Part shown: one piece after another, positions 26,400 to 39,277 of the stretch
Layout of the letters: the number at the start of each line of letters is the position of its first letter
Position numbering within the stretch: the stretch's first letter is position 1
NCBI GenBank assembly: GCA_964016885.1
Contig: OZ024742.1
Location: forward strand, 149,110,001 to 149,174,000
From: Eledone cirrhosa
Lineage: Eukaryota
Direction of reading: 5' to 3'
Length of the DNA stretch: 64,000 nucleotides
Notes under the pieces: generated by a model
What the model saw: the letters and a program-made list of their open reading frames with translations, nothing else
Database searches by the model: none
Told to the model about the DNA's origin: nothing
Made by a program: the position numbers and the translations under genes

Positions 26400-27820
26400 C
26401 ACTAACAAAGTTAAATTCACCTAGTTTGGTATAATAGATATTAACCCCTCAATTTCTAAAATCTTACTAGAGAAAGCTTTAGACTTTGCTATCAACTACA
26501 ATAGTGTACATGACATAGACTGCCAAATAATATTCCACTTTAGAAAAACCCTCCTCTTTAATAACAGAATAGCTTGGGTTAAAAAATCAACTACCACTGA
26601 CCTACTCAGTGTATCCATGGGATAATTTGAAAGTAGAGATGTATATGATTTGGGGTTGTAATTTTGGACATGATAAGAACCAAATTTCCAGATTTCCATT
26701 TGGGTCAGAAAAGTGGCCACAATCTCCTCACCTTCAGGAAATACTTAAAAGGCACATTCAACAGTCTAGGATTAAAATTACTGCAGCCACCAAACTCATT
26801 AACATCAACTTAGATCTATGCACACACAAAAAAAAAAAACTTTCTATAAACCAAATGAATTCCTGCCACATGTCAATAGTCTTTAAAAACTTAGTTAATA
26901 ACAATAGTCGAAAAACCATTTTCGACAGGGCTGTTTCACAGAAAAAAATCTCCCACTCTCCTTAAAGAAAAAACAGATATAGAGCAATCATATGGTTTTC
27001 AACCCTTTCTCCCTTAATATTAAGACCAATGTAGGAAAGAAGTTTTTAGCCCTCATAGATAAAACATTTACTGTAGGCCATAATAAGTATAGGCAAATAT
27101 TTAACCATCATGCAATAAAAATCAGCTATTCCTGTGCAAAAAGTATAAAATCCCTAATCACTAATAAAACCAGGAGCTCTCCCTCACCAGGTTGTACATA
27201 CAGCAAACCAGAAACATGCCCTCTTGACCAAAAATGCAGCGTACCAACCATGGTATATAAAACAGAACCCAGCTCGACTCAATCAAACCAGCAGCAGGAG
27301 ATCAGGACATATGAGGGAGGATCGCTTTAAAGGATGTTTCCTTAACAATGAAACAACTTTAAGGCACCCAGACTAGACATCAGCCACAAAACTTGGGTGG
27401 ATGCAATATGTGGACCCTCAAAGATGGTGGTACTGATTTCTCCATTAAATGGAGGATTCTAGAAAGATCTAAGCCCTGAACAACTGAAACCAAGTCATGT
27501 AATTTGTGCACAGACAAAAGATGGAACATCCTAAAAACGCTGCATTCCATGAATAACTGTCAAAATACAAGAGCTGATTTCTTCAACTGCTGCCTACACA
27601 TTCAGATTTATACTTGAAAACTGGAAACATCTGGACTAAGAATCTCTCACACACATAACACAATCAACACACCTCAACCTAAGAACACTTAGCTTCTATA
27701 AACCCTTCAATGTGGAGAGGCTTTCTAATTAACATCCAGTAAGCCACCTAAGATTCCTCCCTGTAGATCTCTAAACCATATGGCCTCCTAATTTCCTGAA
27801 AACTCCCTTTTAATCACCTA
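26400..27820 (+). mobile_element. Penelope-like element C, heavily decayed
   Basis: NPSISKILLEKALDFA, VFNPFSLNIKTNVGKKFLALIDKTF..IFNHHAIKISYSC, Cys linker and GIY-YIG remnants; ends at (TA)n. Confidence 0.8.
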
Positions 27821-27933
27821 TATATATATATACTGTATATATATATATATATAATAACGAAGGAAGTTGTGGTAAGGAACCAGGTGGTCATAACGCACCA
27901 GAGTACTCGATACTATGAGTAATAGAGTGGGTA

Positions 27934-28042
27934 ATAGGAAAAGAATCAGGACCCCGATGGCTGAGCTCCGGCCGTTTCGACAGCTAGTTCTGAAGTCAAA
28001 ACGGCCGGAGCTCTGCCGTCGGGGTCCTGATTATTTTCCTAT
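27934..28042. repeat. GC-rich hairpin with 48-bp arms and a 13-nt loop
   Basis: 27934-27981 matches the reverse complement of 27995-28042 at 44/48 positions; the segment is flanked by (TA)n. Confidence 0.9.
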
Positions 28043-28203
28043 ATATATATATGATAGTCCTATACGAGCGAGACACGGTCACCCGACCAATCTTGCCTTA
28101 ATCTTGGGACAATTCCCGTCTAACCCATGCTAGCGTGGAAGATAGACGTTAAACGATGATGATGATGATGATAATGATATATATATATATATATATATAT
28201 CAT

Positions 28204-28587
28204 GATTGGCAGTATCGGTAGAGGGTCGGACGCCATGCTTTGACGCATAGAGTTACGGCCCTTGCCATTCTGAGTTCAAATCGCGCCGAGGTTAACTTTG
28301 CCTTTCATCCTTACGGGGTCGATAAAATAAAGTACCAGTTATGTACTGGGTAATTGCTGGCCTTGTGCCAAAAGTAGAAACAATTATCATCATTATCATT
28401 GGATTGGCAGTATCGGTAGAGGGTCGGACGCCATGCTTTGCAGCATAGAGTTACGGCCCTTTACGATCTGAGTTCAAATCCCGCCGAGGTTAACTTTGCC
28501 TTTCATCCTTACGGGGTCGATAAAATAAAGTACCAGTAATGCACTGGGTAATTGCTGGCCTTGTGCCAAAAGTAGAAATAATTATCA
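28204..28587 (+). mobile_element. Tandem pair of tRNA-derived SINEs
   Basis: Two head-to-tail copies (28204-28385, ~28400-28585), each slightly 5'-truncated. Confidence 0.88.
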
Positions 28588-29362
28588 TGTATATATGAAA
28601 TAAGTTAGCTCCCTTCATGTGTCAGTCTAACAATAAAAGTTGCCTCCCCTTTTCGCACACCTAACCACTAATAATTATTGTCATTTTCGTGGGAACTCTT
28701 TTATAAAAGGAAAATTAAACTAATGCAAACATTCTAAGGTGGCCAAACTGAAAATCTAAACTAATTGGTCTGACCTAATTCAGTCGCTTGTTGTTGTTGT
28801 TGTTGGTGGTGGTGTATATGCTGAAAGCAGCTGGGATGGTGGGTCACACCATAGTCACCTGTATTGTAAACCAAGTAATACAAAATGGTGTCATATTAAA
28901 TGACTGGCGTAGCAGCATCATTGTCAACTACTACAACAGCAAAGGAGATGTCTAGACTGAGAAAACTATAAAGACACTAAGTTGGTTGAGCAGGTCATGA
29001 AGGTCACAGAAAGAGTTATCGCACAGCTGAATGAGGACCGAGTTAATCTTGATGAAATGCAGTTTGGATTTGTGCCAGGTAAAAATGCCATGGATACTCT
29101 CTTCCTTGTGAGGAGTCTGCAGGAGAAGTATCTAGTTAAAAGTAAACCACTCTACTTAGATTTTGTTGACTTAGAGAAAGCTTTTGAGAGAGTCCCCTGT
29201 TCCATTATCTAGTGGGCTATTAGAATGAGTGGCTTTGAAAGCTGAACAAGACATGTATAAAGGAACAGTCAGCAAGGTTAGAATTAACAATGACTATGGT
29301 GAATAATTTAGCATGCAGGTAGGTTTTCATCAGTGCTCCGTCCTTAGCTCTCTCCTGTTTAT

Positions 29363-29662
29363 TAGGAGAATGGCCCGAGTGAATGGGCCTACTCTGAGTA
29401 TATATCTGTAAATTAAAGGTGGAAAACTGGGAGAGGGCACTTGCCTTGGTGGTCAGGGTCACTGTGGCCTTTTACTGGGCTTTCTCCACAAATGTCCCTC
29501 CGAAGTCTCCCCCCTATTGGGGAATTTTTCATTGTTATTTTTTTGTTACATCCTCTGTTTTTGTTTTTTACACGCAGAAATGCCCATTTGTACCGTACTG
29601 TATTGTCCTGCACTGTCCTTAATGTCTACTTTATGTAAACCCTTGTGGTTAATAAAGAAATC
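29363..29662 (+). mobile_element. 3' end of a different non-LTR element (possibly Tx1/L1-like) inserted in the RTE
   Basis: Unrelated segment that interrupts RTE RT sequence and ends in AATAAAGAAAT. Confidence 0.4.
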
Positions 29663-29681
29663 ATTATTATCCTACAGGCAA

Positions 29682-29865
29682 GGCGGTGGATTGGCAGTAT
29701 CGGTAGAGGGTCGGACGCCATGCTTTCCAGCATAGTTACGTCCCTTTACGATCTGAGTTCAAATCCCGCCGAGGTTGACTTTGCCTTTCATCCTTACGGG
29801 GTCGATAAAATAAAGTACCATTAATGAACTGGGTAATTGCTGGCCTTGTGCCTAAAGTAGAAACA
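29682..29865 (+). mobile_element. Full-length young tRNA-derived SINE with TSD
   Basis: A-box TGGCAGTATCGG, B-box GAGTTCAAATCC; TSD ATTATTATCCTACAGGC at 29663-29679 and 29866-29882. Confidence 0.92.
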
Positions 29866-31319
29866 ATTATTATCCTACAGGCTATAAGAACTTCTGTATG
29901 CAGATGATCTAACCCTCATAGCTGAATTAGAGAAGAAATTCCAAACCTGGAAACTTGGACTAGAATCAAAAGGTTTTAAAGTTAACTTGTCTCAAAGACT
30001 AAAGTCCTAGTATGTAGAATGGAAAATAGGGCCCAGATTCCTTCAGGGAAATGGCCTTGCTCAGTGTGCAGGAAAGGGGTAGGTAGAAATGTCCCAAATG
30101 CAAGCTATAGATACATAAAAGATGTAGTAGGATCACAGGCAGTCTATCAAAGAACATAGTTTTTATATGCAGCCGATGCACAGGTGCAGTAAGTAGCAAT
30201 TGCCCACTGGATACTAGCTCCTTCAAACACCCAGATGGTTCTGTAGAAATAGTCGACAGTTTCCATTACCTGGGTGACAAAATCACAGTCAAGGAAGGTG
30301 TTCTGAAAATTCATGGAGCTACTAACGCTGCCAGCTACAAAAGGGTTTTCTCTTAAAATGAAAGGTACATTCTACAATGCATGTATACAAACAGCAATCT
30401 TGCTTGGTGCTGCAACCTAGATACTGTGTGTAGAGGACCTGTGAAGATTGGAAAGAAATGAAGCCTGCATGTTCCAATGGATGTGTAATACATGAACGGT
30501 ATACTGTAAATGAACTGAGAGAGAAACTGGGCATAAGAGGGATCAGATGCATTATGCTAGAGAGGAGATTGTGTTGGTAAGGTCATGTGATGCATATGAA
30601 GGATGACAGTTGTATTAAAAGGTGTGGGGTGATAAAAGTTGATGGAAGCTATGGAGTAGGAAGACCTGGGATGAGGTGATAAAAGCTGACCTTGCACAAT
30701 TGCACCTCTCAAAGACAATGACACAGGATTGAGATCTTTGACATTATGAAGTAATGCAGAAGACCCGCCTTCCCATAGGCACGAACTGAAACATACATCT
30801 AGTAGGCACCTCTTAACTACTATACCCCCATTCTATTCACCACCCACCCACTTCTGTTCACACTATCCTTACACTGTAAAGTTGTCGTGTAGATGTCATG
30901 ACAAAAAGCTCCCAACCCCACTGTAAAATGGTCGTGTAGGTCTCACGACAAAAAGCCCCCAGCTTACACTGTAAAAAGGTTGTGTAGGTCTCATTACAAA
31001 AAGCGCCCAGCCTACACTGTAAAGTGGATGTGTAGGAGTCACAACAAAAAGCACCCAGTACGCACTGTAAATGTGGTTGGCATTAGGAAGAGCATCCGGC
31101 CTTAGAAACCAAGCCCAAATCAGTTCTGTATGAGCAAAACACAATCAACTTACCCGACATGCCTCAAACGGGACAACCCATCTAACCAATGCTAGCATGG
31201 AAAATGGATGATAAACGATGATGATGATGATATATGTGTAACACACACACACACATATATATATATGAAATGAAAGGAATAAAAATAACCAGGATTAAAT
31301 TACATTGAATTATTTAATT

Positions 31320-31389
31320 GATTTACAAACGTTTCTATCAATACAATAAGAAAATACATTTTTTCCTGTGTACTGATTTCTTCAGAATC
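31320..31389 (-). ncRNA. Type I hammerhead ribozyme in an ORF-less pLTR-like fragment
   Basis: GATT CTGAAGA AATCAGTACACAGGAAAA..TTTTCTTATTGTATTGATA GAAA CGTTTG TA AATC; fragment ends at the TA run near 31255-31266. Confidence 0.72.
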
Positions 31390-31835
31390 TATTAAACAAC
31401 ATAAATAACAATTATTAACCAACCACATGTCCAAACATCTCCATTCCGAAAACAAACAAATTTAAAATATAGGGAAACGTTAAAACTTTATGGAAGACTA
31501 AACACGCAATTAAAATTTATTTGTAATAAAAATATAATGTGCAGTGACTAAAAATTGCTTTGCTTGAGTTCTACACTCTAAAGCACGTATAATACATACT
31601 AGAATAATGATTTCAGATTTAGACACATGGCCAGCAATTTTGGGAGAGGGGGAAGTCAATTAAATCAATTCCAGTGCGTTACCGGTACTTTATTTTATCG
31701 ACCCAGTAAGGATGAAAGGCAAAGCTAACCTTGGCGGTGTTTGAACTCAGAAATGCTATAGGAACACAACTAGACCTCATAGGTTTACTAACACTTATTA
31801 ATTGAAATGACAACAATTATAAGAATATCATTAAT

Positions 31836-32019
31836 TGTTTCTACTTTAGGCACAAGGCCAGCAATTACCCAGTGCATTACTGGTACTTTATTTTATCGAC
31901 CCCGTAAGGATGAAAGGCAAAGTCAACCTCGGCGGGATTTGAACTCAGATCGTAAAGGGACGTAACTATGCTGGAAAGCATGGCGTCCGACCCTCCACCG
32001 ATACTGCCAATCCACCGCC
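31836..32019 (-). mobile_element. Full-length young tRNA-derived SINE with TSD
   Basis: TSD TAAGAATATCATTAAT at 31820-31835 and 32022-32037. Confidence 0.92.
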
Positions 32020-32377
32020 TTTAAGAATATCATTAATAGAATCCATTAAGAAAAATAATACAAAAATCAAAGAAACATAATTCAGTAATAAAATATCAAT
32101 CGCTTGAAGTTCTATTTACTAAGAAATTTATAATCTAAAAACATATTAATAGAGGCAAAAGTATTATTTTTAGTTATAAGTGTAAGGTAAGTAATATATA
32201 TATACTAGCTAAACTACCCGTCCTTTGGACGGTTCAAGTAGCTTTCGATGTAGCTCATTAAACTAAACAAAGTAAATTTGAATACATAAGAGAAAAACGT
32301 ACTTTATGTAAACATGAAAACCTTAGGCACTTTCCAGCGAAATAATTAATATGTGAGCTCGGTGTCATCCGTTATAC

Positions 32378-32710
32378 TGTAGCGCTCTCTAGACAAGGGA
32401 AGTAGCTAGAGTTACTTCCCGTCGAAAGTCTAGAACCCTCTTTGTAACTTCCGGAAAGAGGATATAAATAGCGACAACGCAATCAAGCTCTCTCTCTTTT
32501 GGCGCCTTCCTTCGAATTGACAACACTGAAGACAAGCATGTTAACTTCTCTCTAACCACCGATCATGGATCTGGATTATACCAATATGTAGAAGAATATT
32601 TACTAGCCACAATTATAACATGGAGCTACAATAAAATGAAGACTTATATTTGATACTCGTTCCGAGAAACTGCCTACGTTTTATCATTACCTTTGTAATG
32701 GGAATTAACA
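32378..32710 (+). mobile_element. Probable solo LTR related to the LTRs at 35070-37242
   Basis: Starts TGTAGC; shares CGCTCTCTAGACA.GGAAGTAGCT.GAGTTACTTCCCG and a TATA box with that family; AATAAA at ~32630; right end and TSD not resolved. Confidence 0.55.
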
Positions 32711-34197
32711 CTCATTCGACATGATGTTATGTAAAAATATCTTATCTTTTTCTTTATAAAATTTAGTAGTTAGATTCCGGTGACATTTACTCGAGTAAAT
32801 AACCCTGGGTCTAGCAGTACACTAAAATACTATGTAACAACAGAAATCCAGTCTAGGTATAAATCTTTTTGACAACAGTAAAAGCGCATCATGAAATAGA
32901 GAAGTGAAGTGAATAATAGACACTATTATGTACAAAGCATAATATTGTAAAAGTTATGACATCACTTAATGTATGAGCATCAAGCTTGAAACGATAAATT
33001 ATACAATGTCAAATCTATAACTTAACTTAGTAATCTGTTAGAAATTGCTGGTTGTGAAATATACAAAATGATATTGTTAGTCTGAAGGAAGCGTACCTTT
33101 TGTTTCAAGTACAAAGAGTAAATTAAAATCCGAATGTGCCGAATTACGAAAGATAACTCTTGTCTTACTTAATCACGAAAATTCACACAAATAACCGAAA
33201 CTTTTTTAATGTCTCCAAAGGCCCCAATATCGATTTGTGAAAGCCTTTGTAGATCATGTACAGGTTTTGTACAAGGAGAAGCTCTGTAAAAAATTTCAAA
33301 GAAATCGCATGAATGGTTTAGAATATATGAGCCCTCATTAAAAATTGTCCACACACACATACAGAAAACTTCGTCTTTATATATATACATATATATATAT
33401 ATACATACATAAACATGCATATATAGGCAAAATGATTTTTAAAAAAAGGTTTGAAAAGCGCACCTGGTATATATATAAAGGAACTTTATAACATGTACTA
33501 AAAAAAAAAAAGATGCTAAAAACTGATGTTTAGCAAAGCCTGCTTTCTCCGTATTGGTTTATCAATTAAAACTCCTGCAAGCTGATTCTCAACCACATTG
33601 GTTTGGGTCGCTTCTGTTCCTCTAAGTAAACATATAGAAGAATGCGGAGGCAAAACGCTGCCAAACTTCGATGTTTTCCCATTGTACCAATGTAGTTATG
33701 ACATCTGAGAACAAGGTCAAATTAATAAAGAGAAAATCTTTTAAATATCAGAAAATTCAAACCAAGATTAAACTAACTTGCAACATAATTTTTCAACACT
33801 AAAGTGAGATAGAGTTATGCCGCTTGTCACAGATGATAATTTTTCTACATTCATCGACAAGGAAAAAATTAGTTGTATCCCTTCTCTTCCTTGTGAGTGT
33901 GTGTGTGTGTGTGCGCGTGTGTGTATATATATATATATCAGCCAATGCCTCTAGTTGCACCTTACCTCCTGCACAGCACATAGAAGGCGCCTGCCTGGCC
34001 ACTTCATTGCCTTGCAGGATGTACAGACATTATCCATTTTGCCAATGGAAACTGTAGGCAGAAGTCCGTAATCCTGAGAGGGGTTATATCTGAAGGCTGC
34101 TTTTACCCACCCTGAGTTCTTGGCAGCAGTAGCTAATGTATGCCGGGAACGCTTAGCAGCACGTCTGTTGTCTATGTCTGCCGTGGACCCCTCTGCA

Positions 34198-34466
34198 AGC
34201 GCTTGTTGGTGACGAAGGCGAACGCCAGCAAGACGCGTCGTACGGGATGTTGGTGACTCCTCCGCCAGCGCTTGTTGGCGACGAAGGCGAACACCAGCAA
34301 TCCGCGTCGTACGGGATGTTGGTGACTCTCCGCCAGCGCTTGTTGGCGACGAAGGCAAACACCAGCAAGCCTCGTCGTACAGGATGTTGGTGACTCCTCC
34401 GCAAGCGCTTGTTGGCGACGAAGGCGAACATGAGCAAGCCTTGTCGTACGGGATGTTGGTGACTCA
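34198..34466 (-). repeat. ~69-bp coding tandem repeat x4 (ESPTSRTTRLAGVRLRRQQALAE) in the Helitron ORF remnant
   Basis: Four units with small indels that cause frameshifts. Confidence 0.88.
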
Positions 34467-34964
34467 ACCAACCGGGAAAGACGTCTATCAGCGAGTCGAG
34501 ATTCGCGGTCAGCAGGTGTTTCATAGAGAAAGTTAATTAATGCTACTAGTTAGCTAAGCCAAAGGCACTGTGCCAATAGTAAATGAGAAAAGTGTAATAT
34601 GAACAAAAGGGAATCAAGGTAAGACAATAAATTTAATATAACTACGATTAGAATGTTGTAGTTGCTTAAAAGTGGTGACAGATAGGATAAACGCAGTACT
34701 TGCTAACATTAAGGGAGAATATTGCATAAAGGATTAACCAATTGTGAATGAACGCATACCTGAGAACGCCTAATTTGTCGTCTCAAAGCAGTAGCTGTAT
34801 CTTTTTTGGAGGTAAATCTTGAACGTTTCCGTGTGGGCATAACGACGTGTAACGAAGCTGTTAGGTTAGAGAGGGGTGATTAAGTACAGAGAGCGGTGAC
34901 ACCAGATTCGCTAGCATGGTTACTGGTGAATGGGAAGGTTTGGAAATATGATTATAATAACTTA

Positions 34965-37397
34965 CCGAATTTTCCGGCCTATAAAGTGCACTTAAAATAC
35001 CTAAATTTCATCAAAAAACAGCTCTGCGCTTTATACTCCGGTGAGCCTTATGTATAAATAATACAATGGTATAACAAAAGACTGGGTTGTATGAATATAA
35101 CAAGACACTAGTTTTTGTGTATAAAGTTTAATTAACAAGTTGAAGTTATGTAGAATAGAATTGCTGACATGTCCATGGGTAGATGAAAGAATGAAGTAAA
35201 GTTATTTGTTACCGTTTTGAAGTTAGCTCGCAAGAGACCATGTTAGGGTTGCCAGGCGAACGCGCCTGGCCGAAGGGCCAGGCAGGTAGAAGAGAGTGAG
35301 ATCGCCCTGACCTATCCCTTTTATAGGGTCCCAGGACGGAAGTGTCAAAAAGGGTTCTGCCACCCCAACGGGAAGTAACTCCAGCTACTTCCTGTCTAGA
35401 GAGCGGTGATGTGATTGTCATAAAAAGGGAGGCAACTCTTGCTATATTATCTCCCGCCAGATTTTTAAAATATAAAAATCGAATGAACCATGTATGGAGT
35501 AAGATGGCGAGCATGTAACACCAGAGTCCAGGCATGAAAATTACGAAAAAAATAATGTTTGCAATAAAAGCAAAACAGCAAAATATAAGCATGCAAAAAT
35601 TAATGATAGATATCGAGGTAGCCAACCGCTCTTGGCCAGAGAACGACTGGACATCTATATATATCCATCACGCAAAGATACAATGTAATCAAAAGAAGGG
35701 GTCAAAAGAGCAAGGAAACGCGCTCGAACGCAGTTATTAAAGAAAAAGAAATTCAAATGTTCAAAAATAAAGCTCACAGGTGTGCAATCACATGACAGCA
35801 GGAAAGAAAGTGTGTCCTCCAGAGAATGTATGCAGGTGGACTCTAGACTGTGGTACAACGTGAAATTCGGTGGGATTTTCTCACAGGAAGAGTGCTGCAA
35901 AAATAAATTCTGTTTTGTTCTGCTGGTTTTGGTTGTTGATGTTGTTGTCTCGCGGAGTGAGCGTATTCGATGTTGTATTCACAGTAAAAATTTTCGCAGA
36001 AAAAATGAGTTGCGCAAAGTGCCAGAAATAACAGCCAAAGTTGATGGTCGATGTTGAGAATGCGTTGACCTGGAAAGGTCAAGTGGCCAGCGACCAAAGA
36101 AATAAGCATTCTGAATAAATGCGCACTTTTCAACGGCAAATTTACGTGGTAAATTTTTAAACCGGCAAATAGGAGAATTCTTGGCAAGAAACATTATCTA
36201 TGGCGTGTGTTATCTCAGAGAGTCGAGATGTGTGCTCCCCACACGTGCCGAAACAAGGTTAAAGTCAAGTTGAAAAAAAAATATAATTCTATTGCGCGAG
36301 AAAATGGCGCGAAAATGATAGTGCAACAGGTCGTTGGCAACCATTTTGAAAAATTTGTGTGAACGTGATAATATGATGAAAAAGAAAGAAAGGCTTCACT
36401 TGGTATAACAAATATGGCGAGTTCAATTTTTTTGTGAACGATGAAAAAAGCTTGGTGGAAAGAATAAGCAATAGTTGAGATTCAGTAAAAATAAATGTTC
36501 ATGTTGAAATGTGTAAAAAAAAAAATCAAATTTCTTTTTTAAATTTTTTTATGTTCGTTGTAAGAAGAAACGAAAAACATATATATATACATCCAGTGAA
36601 ATGCGACACTTAGTTGATGTACGACACGTGCGTGAGAGAAAAAGAGTCTCTCTGAACGAGAACTTCACATGTGCGTGTGTTCGCTTCTATGTCTTCGTAT
36701 TTTTCCTAGTTTGTTAATAAAGTTTGCTGCGTATTCGAAATGTTGGTCCACACATTCCAATAAAAATGGGGTACTGCTAATTAATTTTCTTTTTTCCATA
36801 CTCACACAACACCAGAACCTGTTATTTTTTCTTCTTTTCGGGGTCACCACTTATAACAAAACTCTGGGTTGTATGAATATAACAAGACACTAGGTTGTGT
36901 GTATAAAGTTTAATTAACAAGTTGAAGTTATGTAGAATAGAATTGTTGACATGTCCATGGGTAGATGAAAGAATGAAGTAAAGTTATTTGTTACCGTTTT
37001 GAAGTTAGCTCGCAAGAGACCATGTTAGGGTTGCCAGGCGAACGCGCCTGGCCGAAGACGCCTGGCCTAAAAGCCAGGCAGGTAGAAGAGAGTGAGATCA
37101 CCCTGACCTATCCATTTTATAGGGTCCCAGGACGGAAATGACAAAAAGGGTTCTGCCACCCCATCGGGAAGTAACTCCAGCTACTTGCTGTCTAGAGAGC
37201 GGTGATGTGATTGTCATAACAAGGGAGGCAACTCTTGCTACAATGGTAATCAATCACGGCTCTAACAGAAGTAATAGATCTAGACTAAAAGTAAAGAAGA
37301 TAGCATTTTCCTGGTTGGCCTTACACGCCGTTGCGCGGACCTGATTTTAAATGATACGCCTTATATCCCGGTGAGCCTTATAGAGCGGAAAATACGG
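34965..37397. mobile_element. pogo/Tigger-type MITE split by an LTR element
   Basis: TA|CCGAATTTTCCGGCCTATAAAG ... CCTTATAGAGCGGAAAATACGG|TA terminal inverted repeats with TA TSD. Confidence 0.75.
35070..37242 (-). mobile_element. Non-autonomous LTR retrotransposon (gypsy-like cis signals)
   Basis: Direct repeats 35070-35446 and 36852-37242; PBS TGGTGACCCCGA at 36849-36838; polypurine tract GGCGGGAGATAA at 35458-35447; ATGG TSD on both sides; no gag/pol recognised in the ~1.4-kb interior. Confidence 0.85.
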
Positions 37398-37611
37398 TAT
37401 CTATTGGAAAAGAATACGAATTTATGACCAAGGTGTGACAAAATTGGCGTCTATACAGTGCCTGAAACAAACTTGTCCAAAACCCTGGGATCTTTCTCGT
37501 TAAGTATCCACCCAAAAGGAACCGTTTCTTAGTTACAAAAAATAACCAAAGTGAATAGTAGCTATATTTCTGACATATGCCAAAAAGGACAATATATTCA
37601 AAAAAATTTCT

Positions 37612-39277
37612 AAAGTACATTCAATCTTTCTTTTTGACCGATGTCTTAATAAGCAAATTATCGATTTTTCATTAGCTGTCAGTGTTTATCTGCATGCAGG
37701 TGTGTACATGTGCGCAATCAATTGCACTGCATGCAGATGGTCTATGACAACTAATTAAAACATTAAAGAACAATAGCAATTTGCAAATGCGCTCATAACA
37801 TTTAGTCGTAAACAGAACAAAAAAATGCCATTAGAGGTGGGCTAATAATGGAAAAGACACAAACCCTGGTGAACTTACGTTTAAAAACCCGAAAACTTAC
37901 TCACTTCCTGTGCAAAAGGCTGTAACAGTAGTGTTATGAATTAAGTAATTTTTTAGAACCTTTTGTTTAAAAAAGGAAAAAATTGGTACGGACGTAACAT
38001 TTTTTATAACTTTGTATGTGTCCAATACAACTTGGTCAAAGTATTATTTAGTAAAAATTTTTCAAAAAGCATGATTATTTAAGACTGTTTGAAAATTTAC
38101 TCAACGCTTTTAGCTTTTGGCATCACAAAAGACACCATTAAATTTGGTTTCCTTTCAGATAGAGATAATACTGTATTTGCACTTGAATAAGGGGGAATAT
38201 GAAGTTTAACGCCAAGATATCGAGAATCACCTAGTCCCAATGGGGATTTTTTAATTTAAGGAAGTCGAAAAATGAATTAAATTTAACTGAAATGGCATGC
38301 AAGTAGTCTAAATAAATAAGCACTAACTCACCGATAAGTAAGTGGGCAAATTCTGTAAAGGTCCGTTTAGTGAGACGGCCGGATTTATTGTTATTCACAA
38401 AAAGCGGATACACACAAAGAGAAAAAGGCGGTTCGCACGTGCGTGCATACCTGTTTGTGTATCTATCGTTGAGAAAACATACTGCTCGTGGTATAGACAG
38501 GCCGTCCAATCAATAACGCACGCGAGTCACAGTGTGTGCGTGCTTATATGGGCACATGAAATTGATTTTGATTGCGCCAGGTGTAAACTAAAAGTGCTTG
38601 TGTTCGAATACATACACATTAAATTTCATTGAAATCGAAAGATTTTTGAAAAAATATGAAAAACATTCTGTAATATATTTTGTTGACTGTACAATTATTT
38701 AAGAATTAAGAATTCTACTCAAAGAACCCTGAATATCTGTTTGTAAAACCTTCCATTTTCCCATAAAGAAAGGCGTAGATTTGCATATTTCCACAATATT
38801 GCGCCATTGATAATTAAACTATGAATTAAAGGTCTCATTTAACGCATGATTTATGAGTTTAAAAAAACTTTCTGAAATTTTGCAGCCTTGGAGTAACCCT
38901 AATGGATCTATTATTGTGGTAATATCAAATTTCATTGAAATCGGACGAATTCTGAAAATATCGATTTTTGCCTCTGGGGGTCCGATTATTTAATGTAGCC
39001 CACGTTCATCCCCGGATCAAAATACTTCTGTCTTTTCCATTATTAGCCCACCTCTAATGGCATTTTTTTTTATCTGTTTACGACTAAATGTTATGAGCGT
39101 ATTTGCAAATTGCTATTGTTCTTTAATGTTTTAATTAGTTGTCATAGACCATCTGCATGCAGTGCAATTGATTGCGCACACGTACACACCTGCATGCAGA
39201 TAAACACTGACAGCTAATAAAAAATCGATAATTTGCTTATTAAGACATCGGTCAAAAAGAGAGATTGAATGTACTTT
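37612..39277. repeat. ~248-bp inverted repeat pair with a ~1.17-kb spacer
   Basis: 37612-37859 is a near-identical reverse complement of 39029-39277. Confidence 0.88.

Larger units (their letters stand above)
28815..31230 (+). mobile_element. RTE LINE interrupted by a LINE 3' fragment and a SINE
   Basis: EMQFGFVPG..FVDLEKAF, YADDL, Cys finger, 3'UTR tandem repeats and (GAT)n tail; insertions at ~29363-29865. Confidence 0.88.
32205..34960 (-). mobile_element. Non-autonomous, internally deleted Helitron (5' extent uncertain)
   Basis: Minus-strand AFRYNPSQDY..IGKMDNVCTSCKAMKW..APSMCCAGGKVQL is the RepHel N-terminal Cys region; 3' end CCGTCC-AAA-GGACGG hairpin then CTAG|T at 32205. Confidence 0.8.

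Noticed and set aside
29682-29775. tRNA gene
   Set aside because: A and B boxes belong to the SINE head; no full cloverleaf
34198-34466. Regular repeats as a CRISPR-like array
   Set aside because: Contiguous coding tandem units without unique spacers, in a eukaryotic Helitron ORF
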